A DNA stretch of 64,000 nucleotides, taken from contig CALMRZ010000066.1 of assembly GCA_937872225.1 (NCBI GenBank), positions 61 to 64,060 on the forward strand. The letters are read 5' to 3'. Origin of the DNA: an uncultured Spirochaetota bacterium (GTDB lineage Bacteria > Spirochaetota > UBA4802 > UBA5550). Position 1 is the first letter of the stretch. Each line of letters opens with the position of its first letter. Positions 57,141 through 64,000 of the stretch are shown here, one piece after another. Below the pieces are notes generated by a model. It was not told the origin of the DNA, did no database searches, and saw only the letters and a list, made by a program, of their open reading frames with translations. A program made the position numbers and the translations under genes.

Positions 57141-60100
57141 ATGAACATAGCCCGTTTAGCCATCAAGCGCCCCATACTTATCAGCAGCATCGTTTTCGTT
57201 CTGCTCTTTGTGGGCATTATTTCCATGAACCGACTCGGCATTGACATGTACCCCGATGTCCAGTTCCCCTATGTCGTAGTCCAGACCATTTATCAGGGAT
57301 CGGCTCCGGAGGAAATCGAAAACCTGATCACGAAACCGATCGAGGATGAAGTCAGCTCCATTTCTGGCCTGAAACGGGTATCATCGCGAAACATGGAGAG
57401 CGTGTCCCTGGTCATCTGCCAGTTCAATCTTGGCGTAGACGTCAAATACGCCGAGCAACAGGTAAAGGATAAGGTTGCACGGATTCGGCGCAACCTTCCC
57501 CAGAATATCGATGAACCGCTGATCCAGCGGTATGACCCGGCTGATATGCCGATTGCCAGGGTCGCCGTATCGGCTGACCTGAACTCGAATGATCTTTATG
57601 ACCTTGCCAAGGAAGATATCAAGGTCGGTTTCCAGCAGGTGAATGATGTCGCTTCAGTACAGATAATCGGCGGCCGTCGCAGAGAGATACAGGTCGAGCT
57701 GGACCGCCACAAGCTTAACCGTTACCGGATACCTGCCCTGGCCGTTGCCAATGCCATCAAGAATGCCGGAATGAACGTCCCTGTCGGCAAGCATGAAAAA
57801 GGATCATCTGAACTGGTATTCAGGACCGTTGCCCAGTTCACCGATATAAACCAGATAGCCAATGCCCTTGTGCAGTTTTCCGGCGATGTGGGCAATGCCA
57901 TATCTGTCAAATCCCTCGGTACCGTGAGCGACGGATCTGAGGAGAAGACGACCATCGGCTACCTCTATGCCCCCGTGGGTGCAGTGAAGTCAGAAAAATC
58001 CGGACTTTTCGGATTTAAAAAGACAAAAGTTAAGCGTGAAACAAACCCGGCGATGTTTCTCGAAATCTACAAACAGTCCGGTGCCAATACGGTCGCCGTG
58101 GTCGACGGTATAGTAGAGCGCATGAAGAAGATCAACGAACATATGAAAGACCGGCCCGGTAAACCCAAACTGACCCTTATCTATGACGGCGCCAACATCG
58201 TTCGAATGAACCTCGAGGAGGTACGGACAACCATCATCATCGGCATTATCCTTGCCGTCATTGTCGTGTACCTGTTTTTGGGCAATGCCCGGTCAACCTT
58301 CATAACCGGCATCGCCCTGCCCAACAGTCTCCTCGGCGCGTTCATCCTCATGTACATCATGGGGTACACAATAAACGTCATCACTCTTCTGGCCCTTTCT
58401 CTGACGGTCGGCCTCCTGGTTGACGACGCCATTGTCGTCCGTGAAAATATATTCCGGAAGCTTGAAGAAGGCATGCACCCCATGGACGCGGCCGAAAAGG
58501 GCACCACCGAGGTCATGCTTGCCGTTATAGCCACCACATTGACCATCATGGCCGTATTTGTTCCCATCGGGTTCCTGAGCGGCATCGTGGGCCAATTCTT
58601 CAAGCAGTTCGGTTTTACCATTGTCTTTGCCATGGGTATCAGCCTTTTTGACGCCCTCACCGTGGCCCCCTTCCTGTCGGCATATTTCGCCGGCACGGGT
58701 CACGTGGCCCAGAATGTCGTGATACGCAACTTCGAGCGCTTCCAGCGCTGGATTGAGAAATGGTATGGCAGAATCATGTCATTTACGCTGGATCATCCCC
58801 TGCTGGTTATGGCAATAACCACGGTTATTTTCATCGGAAGTCTTTCAACGGCGCCCTTCATTAAAAAAACCTTCATGTCCAACAGCGACTATGGAGAATT
58901 TATCGCCCAGATCCAGATGCCTTCCGGAACCAGCCTTGACGGCACCGGCGAAGTCGCCTTACAAGTCGCCGATCGCATCAAGGCTGTCGCCCCGGAAATG
59001 GATAAAATATCCATCATCGTGGGCATGAACACCATGCAGCAGCAGCAGCCCAACTTCGCCCAGTTCGGTCTTTCCCTCGTCAAGTACAATGAACGCAAGC
59101 GCGGCGCAGCCGAAATCAAGGAAACAATCAGGAAAATGCTCAACAAGGAATTTGCCTACGCGCGGCCAAAAGTCAACGAATACAGCATGGGCATGACGTC
59201 GATGGCCCCGTACTACCTCAACCTGATCGGCAGCGATCTTTCCGAGCTTGATGAATATGCGCAGAAACTGGTCAAGGAGATCAAGAAAATCCCGGACCTC
59301 ACCGACGTCGACACCAGTTCCGAAGAAGGGAAACCGGAATATCAGGTTCAATTCAATCCGAACGAAATGCAGAAATTCGGGATCATGCCGGTCATTGCCG
59401 GCGTGGAACTCCGTTATCAGATTGCAGGCGAAGTGGTCGGTCAGCTCCATGCCAAGGGCCTGGAATATGATGTCCGCCTCCGCCTTAAGCCTGATCAGCG
59501 CGATCTCAGATCAGCCTACGCCGAAACCAAGATCCCGAACCAGACGTACCGGCTGGTGCCGCTGTCGGCAATAAGCAAAGGGATCGAAAAATCCGGCCCC
59601 TCGCAGATACTGCGCGAGGACCGTTCACGTGTCGTGCAGATCACAGCAAACCTCGCCCCCAATGGCGCCATCGGGACAGCGCAGGACATGTCGCTGGCAA
59701 TCCTGAAGAAGAAGCTGCCTCCTCCCAAGGGAATTACCTACAGCTTCATTGGACAGACGGAGGACCTGAAAGAGCTCCTGACAAACATTACCTTTGCCAT
59801 GCTCCTCGCGGTCATATTCATATATTTCATTCTTGCCAGCCTGTACGAGTCTTTCATTACACCGGTAACCATACTCATGGCCCTCCCACCGGCGCTTTCC
59901 GGCGCGCTGCTGGCCCTGTTCATGTTCGGCGAGATGCTGAACATGTTCAGCATGATCGGCATGGTCATGCTCATGGGCCTGGTCACCAAGAACTCCATCC
60001 TCCTTGTTGACTTCGCCCTTGAAGGGTACCGATCCGGCATGACGCGGAAAGAGGCCATCTACAAGGCCGGCATGACCCGTCTCCGGCCGATCCTGATGAC

Positions 60101-60467
60101 CACCTTCGCCATGCTGGCAGGCACCCTTCCCGTCGCCCTTGGGATCGGCGAGTTATCCAAGTTTCGGATGGCCATGGGGATCGCAATCATAGGCGGACTG
60201 ATCCTTTCAACATTCCTCACGCTGATCGTTGTTCCGGCCATGTTCGAGTACATCGACATGTTTCGCGAATGGATTGAAAGTAAATTCCGCCCCAAGTACA
60301 AGAAACATGAGTACAATGTGGTGGAAGAAATGGACGAGGAAGAGGAAGTTATCGATGAAAACATGATCAATAACGCCGTTAAAGAACATTCCGGCGCCGC
60401 GGCACCGCTGGAAAGATCAACCGGGAAACCTGAACGGAGCGGCGCCAAGCCGAAAAAAAGAAAATAA
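57141..60467 (+). CDS. RND-family efflux transporter permease (AcrB/HAE-like), with an acidic/Lys-rich C-terminal tail.
   Basis: 1108 aa. AcrB-type N-terminus and 12-TM/two-large-loop architecture. No adjacent periplasmic adaptor or outer-membrane factor gene. Confidence 0.8.
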   Translation: MNIARLAIKRPILISSIVFVLLFVGIISMNRLGIDMYPDVQFPYVVVQTIYQGSAPEEIENLITKPIEDEVSSISGLKRVSSRNMESVSLVICQFNLGVDVKYAEQQVKDKVARIRRNLPQNIDEPLIQRYDPADMPIARVAVSADLNSNDLYDLAKEDIKVGFQQVNDVASVQIIGGRRREIQVELDRHKLNRYRIPALAVANAIKNAGMNVPVGKHEKGSSELVFRTVAQFTDINQIANALVQFSGDVGNAISVKSLGTVSDGSEEKTTIGYLYAPVGAVKSEKSGLFGFKKTKVKRETNPAMFLEIYKQSGANTVAVVDGIVERMKKINEHMKDRPGKPKLTLIYDGANIVRMNLEEVRTTIIIGIILAVIVVYLFLGNARSTFITGIALPNSLLGAFILMYIMGYTINVITLLALSLTVGLLVDDAIVVRENIFRKLEEGMHPMDAAEKGTTEVMLAVIATTLTIMAVFVPIGFLSGIVGQFFKQFGFTIVFAMGISLFDALTVAPFLSAYFAGTGHVAQNVVIRNFERFQRWIEKWYGRIMSFTLDHPLLVMAITTVIFIGSLSTAPFIKKTFMSNSDYGEFIAQIQMPSGTSLDGTGEVALQVADRIKAVAPEMDKISIIVGMNTMQQQQPNFAQFGLSLVKYNERKRGAAEIKETIRKMLNKEFAYARPKVNEYSMGMTSMAPYYLNLIGSDLSELDEYAQKLVKEIKKIPDLTDVDTSSEEGKPEYQVQFNPNEMQKFGIMPVIAGVELRYQIAGEVVGQLHAKGLEYDVRLRLKPDQRDLRSAYAETKIPNQTYRLVPLSAISKGIEKSGPSQILREDRSRVVQITANLAPNGAIGTAQDMSLAILKKKLPPPKGITYSFIGQTEDLKELLTNITFAMLLAVIFIYFILASLYESFITPVTILMALPPALSGALLALFMFGEMLNMFSMIGMVMLMGLVTKNSILLVDFALEGYRSGMTRKEAIYKAGMTRLRPILMTTFAMLAGTLPVALGIGELSKFRMAMGIAIIGGLILSTFLTLIVVPAMFEYIDMFREWIESKFRPKYKKHEYNVVEEMDEEEEVIDENMINNAVKEHSGAAAPLERSTGKPERSGAKPKKRK

Positions 60468-60483
60468 TTGAATCGGTGTCCAG

Positions 60484-60512
60484 CTCCCCGCTTTTTTAGG
60501 CGGGGAGTTGTT
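60484..60512 (+). terminator. Hairpin immediately after the RND gene.
   Basis: cagCTCCCCGC-tttttta-GCGGGGAGttg, about 11-bp stem, in an AT-rich context. Confidence 0.4.
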
Positions 60513-60777
60513 ATATTAATGATTGACTTTTAAACCGCCTACTGTAAAAAAATACCGATTTATTAAAAAGTAGAACCTATAATTATTTTTTAGACTTGTT
60601 GCAGCAATCATTACATTATTGAAACGTTCGATCTGGAGCATGAAACAGGTGTACTATTCATAAATTTAACGATTCGCAGCATGTCTAAAATAAACCCAAC
60701 TATTCAGCACACGCATGCTGTACGTATCAAGCGCTGGATAGATATTCAATTAAAACCTCAGGAGGTAGTTTCAGATT

Positions 60778-62259
60778 ATGGCAGATACAAAACTTTTCGG
60801 GATGGCTGCTGAAAAAGGGAGATGGCTTTTCGTTGTTTTAGGTCTCTTGATGAACCTCTGCCTTGGCAGCGTCTATTCCTACAGCGTATTCAAACCACAT
60901 GTACAATTCGAATTTAACAAAAAAACAGCCGAAAAGGCCGGCGTCGCAGTCAACAACATCGACAAGGAACTGCTCAAAGGCATTTTCAATCTCAAGAAAG
61001 AATCTGCTGATAAGTTCTACGCATCTACGAAGACCATCACTGCGGAACAGGTGGCTGAGTTATTCAGTTTAAAGCCGGATGTCGAAAAAGACAAGGTCAA
61101 GATCGATTCTTTCACCAAGCTGATCCCCGAAATGGCGGACAAAGATCTTGAACTTCTCAAAGGCATTAAAAAGGTTTCATCCCTCGAGGGCAACCTTCCA
61201 TTCATGCTATTCCTCGCGTTTTTCTCCATCCTCATGTTCTTCGGCGGGAAGATAATGGAAAGGCTCGGCCCGAAAAAGCTTGCCCTCATCGGCGGGCTTA
61301 TCGTCGGCCTCGGCTGGGGACTCTCCTATTTCACCCAGAACATCTACATGCTGATGCTTACCTACGGGGTTATCGCCGGTTCCGGTGTCGGCCTCGCCTA
61401 TGGCTGCCCGGTTTCTCTCGGAGCCCGTTGGTTCCCTGACAAGAAGGGCCTCGCTGTCGGCCTCATGCTGGCCGGTTTCGGAGGATCAGCTCTCATTACT
61501 GCCAATATTGCTGGCGCCCTGATCCCCAAGATAGGGCTCTTCACCACCTTCATGTATTTCGGCATCGCCTTCGCGATCATCCTTGTTCTCCTTTCCCTGC
61601 CGTACAAGTTCCCGGAAGCCGGGTGGAAACCCGCCGGCTGGACTCCCGCGGGTGGAGCTGCCGCGACCGTGGATTTTACACCCGGCGAAATGGTAAAGAC
61701 CTCTACATTCTGGGGCCTGTTTTTCGCTTATATCATCGGCTGCCTCGCCGGGCTGATGGCTATCGGCGTTTCTGCACCCGTGGGCCAGGAGATCATCAAG
61801 ATTACCGCAGCCACTGCGGCTTTGCTGACCGGTATCTTCGCCATATTCAACGCCGTCGGCCGTCCCCTCTTCGGTGCCCTTACTGACAAGATCACCCCGA
61901 AATGGGCTGCCATTCTTAACCTGATCATCATCCTCGTTGTTTCACTTATGATGCTCCAGGCCGGCGAAGGAAGTGTTGTACTCTATGTGGTGGCCTTCTG
62001 CGGCTTCTGGCTCTGCCTGGGCGGATGGCTTGCCATAGCACCCGCCGCTACCGCTTCATTCTTCGGCATGAAGGACTACGCGAAGAACTACAGTATCGTT
62101 TTCTTCGCCTATGGCCTTGGCGCCATCATTGGAGGCCTTATTTCCGGGTTCGCGAAAGACCTCTTCGGCAGCATGAAAGTCGCCTTCTATCCCACTGCCG
62201 GACTTGCGGTACTGGGAATTCTTCTTGCGTTTGTTTTCATTAAACCGCCCAAGAAGTAA
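60778..62259 (+). CDS. MFS transporter, oxalate/formate antiporter (OFA)-like, with a roughly 105-aa insertion between TM1 and TM2.
   Basis: GSVYSYSVF TM1 motif of the OFA family and 12-TM layout. Hydrophilic insert with an internal duplication (DKELLKGIFNLKKES / DLELLKGIKKVSSLE). Confidence 0.65.
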   Translation: MADTKLFGMAAEKGRWLFVVLGLLMNLCLGSVYSYSVFKPHVQFEFNKKTAEKAGVAVNNIDKELLKGIFNLKKESADKFYASTKTITAEQVAELFSLKPDVEKDKVKIDSFTKLIPEMADKDLELLKGIKKVSSLEGNLPFMLFLAFFSILMFFGGKIMERLGPKKLALIGGLIVGLGWGLSYFTQNIYMLMLTYGVIAGSGVGLAYGCPVSLGARWFPDKKGLAVGLMLAGFGGSALITANIAGALIPKIGLFTTFMYFGIAFAIILVLLSLPYKFPEAGWKPAGWTPAGGAAATVDFTPGEMVKTSTFWGLFFAYIIGCLAGLMAIGVSAPVGQEIIKITAATAALLTGIFAIFNAVGRPLFGALTDKITPKWAAILNLIIILVVSLMMLQAGEGSVVLYVVAFCGFWLCLGGWLAIAPAATASFFGMKDYAKNYSIVFFAYGLGAIIGGLISGFAKDLFGSMKVAFYPTAGLAVLGILLAFVFIKPPKK

Positions 62260-62285
62260 CCCTGCTTGCATTACATGTCAAAAAA

Positions 62286-62308
62286 GCCGGCTTTATGCCG
62301 GCTTTTTT
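62286..62308. terminator. Bidirectional intrinsic terminator between convergent genes.
   Basis: AAAAA-GCCGGC-tttat-GCCGGC-TTTTTT. Confidence 0.7.
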
Positions 62309-62329
62309 GTCTTTGTTCATGACCAGCGT

Positions 62330-62899
62330 TTAAAAACCGTCATATGTCTTTCCTTCTTTTTTCTTTTGAGCTTCCTCTGTTTTTTTCTGCTCAAATCGTA
62401 TCTTGGCGTCTTTCAGATTTATATCGAGATACTCCACATAAATGACGCAGGGATTCACCTTTGATTTACGGCAATCCTCCGTTTCCCATGCCGATATTGA
62501 GTAGCGTTTATCGATGGACCATTTCGCCATCAAAAACGAACCGGTTGACCTGTCGAACTCCTCGCCCCTGAAATCGTTGGGCTGTCCGTACTTGTCTATG
62601 AGACGCTCTTTGACCTTTGCTATTTCGCCCCATTTTATCTCCACCTGTATGAGATACAGTTTCTCCTGTTGGTCAAAAAACAGCCTGGTAATCGTCATTT
62701 CCCCTGTTTCGATTGTCATGTCGCCATTGGCCGAATAGCTTACCTTGTTGTATGCGCCCTTAATCTCTTTTCTGATTTTTTCTTTCGTCTGTCCCAGGGC
62801 GAATTCCTTGTATCCGACACTGGTTGTTTCAGGGAATAAAGGCACGGAAAAAACGACTACGCAGCAGCACACTGACATAACTTGTTTTATCATGTCCAC
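62330..62899 (-). CDS. Hypothetical secreted protein.
   Basis: 189 aa. Signal peptide with Cys-rich h-region (VMSVCCCVVVFSVPLF). No family recognised. Confidence 0.45.
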   Translation of the reverse strand: MDMIKQVMSVCCCVVVFSVPLFPETTSVGYKEFALGQTKEKIRKEIKGAYNKVSYSANGDMTIETGEMTITRLFFDQQEKLYLIQVEIKWGEIAKVKERLIDKYGQPNDFRGEEFDRSTGSFLMAKWSIDKRYSISAWETEDCRKSKVNPCVIYVEYLDINLKDAKIRFEQKKTEEAQKKKEGKTYDGF

Positions 62900-63086
62900 C
62901 CTCCTCCATTTTTATCGGTGCTAGTATCTCCATTAAAAAATTCTGCAGTCAAGTTTTTTTATCTTAACCCGCTTTACTATTCCCCTTAATCCCGCGTCAT
63001 CGTACAATCATGCCATTAGCCGCCAATGGTATTCATGCCTTCAAGTTGTTATTGGTTGCCGTCCAATTATATCCATGTATTCTGTA

Positions 63087-63115
63087 TTGACAAATTTTCG
63101 TTGTCTGCATATGAT
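63087..63115 (+). promoter_or_regulatory. Near-consensus sigma70 promoter.
   Basis: TTGACA - 17 nt - TATGAT, about 185 nt upstream of the acyl-CoA synthetase start. Confidence 0.5.
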
Positions 63116-63300
63116 ATTATTAATCATCAAGTAATGTTCCTGATATGTTTTACACCGGGGGATCAGAAATTTAGCAAGATGATAATGCCTCCTTTATTTT
63201 CCACGAAAGCCGCACCCATTGTATCCCGACCTCTGTTTTTGCAGGGGAACCGTGAACGGTTCGCCATATTATTTTTCATTTCGACTGAAGGGGGAAACCT

Positions 63301-64000
63301 ATGAGCGATGTCTATTCTGAAAAGCCGTGGCTGAAAAAGTATGACAAGAATGTCGCGCCTGCCCTGACCTACGAGGAAAAATCCTTTTCCGAAAAATTCG
63401 CCGAGACCGTCGCGAAATACCCTGACAAGACGGCCCTTGTCTATATGGGCCGCTTTCTGACTTTCAGGGAGGTGGACGAGCTTTCAAACAGGCTCGCCAA
63501 TTTCCTCATCGCCAGCGGTCTTCGGCCCGATGACGTAGTGGGCCTTCACATGCCGAACATCCCCGCGAATTACATAGCCGTTATCGGGGTCCAAAAGGCG
63601 GGCTGCGTGTCCACCGGATTGAGTCCCCTCCTCACGGCGGCGGAAATGCAGCACCAGCTCATCGATTCAGGCACAAAGGTCGTCATCACCGTTGATATTT
63701 TGTTCGACAAGATAGCCGAAGTGGCCGCCAAAGCACCCTTTACCACGGTGGTCGTCACCGAGATCGCTGATTTTCTCCCGGGCATCAAGCGAGTCCTGGG
63801 CAAGCTCCTGAAAAAGATACCCACGGCCGAGGTGAAGCCCCTGACCGGCAAAACGGTGAAACGCTTCATGGACGTACTCAATGAATCAAAAGCCGATCCG
63901 GTGCAAGTCAAGCGCGGCTTCGACGACATGATCTTCATGATGTACACGGGCGGGACCACCGGTCCGGCAAAGGGCGCCATGCTGACCCAACGAAGCTACA
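63301..64000 (+). CDS. AMP-dependent synthetase/ligase (long-chain acyl-CoA synthetase-like). C-terminus beyond the window (partial).
   Basis: GGGGGAAACCT-ATG RBS. MYTGGTTGPAKGAMLTQRS AMP-binding P-loop motif. Open to the window edge. Confidence 0.7.
   Translation, partial: MSDVYSEKPWLKKYDKNVAPALTYEEKSFSEKFAETVAKYPDKTALVYMGRFLTFREVDELSNRLANFLIASGLRPDDVVGLHMPNIPANYIAVIGVQKAGCVSTGLSPLLTAAEMQHQLIDSGTKVVITVDILFDKIAEVAAKAPFTTVVVTEIADFLPGIKRVLGKLLKKIPTAEVKPLTGKTVKRFMDVLNESKADPVQVKRGFDDMIFMMYTGGTTGPAKGAMLTQRSY

Noticed and set aside
1-64000. Searched for CRISPR arrays, transposase or integrase genes, and phage modules.
   Set aside because: No regularly spaced direct repeats, no DDE or tyrosine-recombinase motifs, and no terminal inverted repeats were seen. 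The window looks like core chromosome plus accessory metabolic clusters.

Overview
This is a roughly 57 % GC window from a strictly anaerobic, probably sulfate-reducing or syntrophic Desulfobacterota (delta-proteobacterial) chromosome. The gene content points that way: multiheme cytochrome c, desulfoferrodoxin, rubrerythrin, rubredoxin:oxygen oxidoreductase, and selenocysteine use. I saw no CRISPR array, transposase or integrase.

The central 11-24 kb is an oxygen/peroxide-defence island:
- rubrerythrin-like protein, Ogg2-type 8-oxoG glycosylase, Bcp peroxiredoxin, multiheme cytochrome c;
- FprA/ROO flavodiiron protein and a PerR-like Fur regulator;
- an operon rub-cydA-cydB-dfx-ftn-rbr;
- a CoADR/NADH-oxidase;
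- cysE-cysK.

Hidden inside the island are:
- a 54-aa rubredoxin gene, below the ORF-track cutoff;
- a tRNA-Gln(TTG);
- a HesB/IscA-like selenoprotein gene whose in-frame TGA (Sec codon) aligns with the IscA cluster-ligand cysteine. The ORF track shows only its C-terminal 60 aa. This is the most important call.

Other notable observations:
- cysK appears to start at a non-canonical ATA with a perfect GGAGG Shine-Dalgarno;
- a multi-TM sensor ORF and a methyl-accepting chemotaxis protein sit in the same frame, split by one TAG;
- a 1556-aa Ser/Thr-kinase–AAA–TPR–GAF–AraC giant regulator;
- a lipid-like cluster (APH-like kinase–SCP2, SDR, two paralogous unknown proteins);
- a four-gene cluster of unknowns containing an 889-aa acidic repeat protein;
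- an orphan RND pump;
- recurring AACAATTGTT / Fur-PerR-like palindromes upstream of the stress genes.

Functional names come from motifs I recognised by eye (basis: established family knowledge). Nothing was searched or computed.
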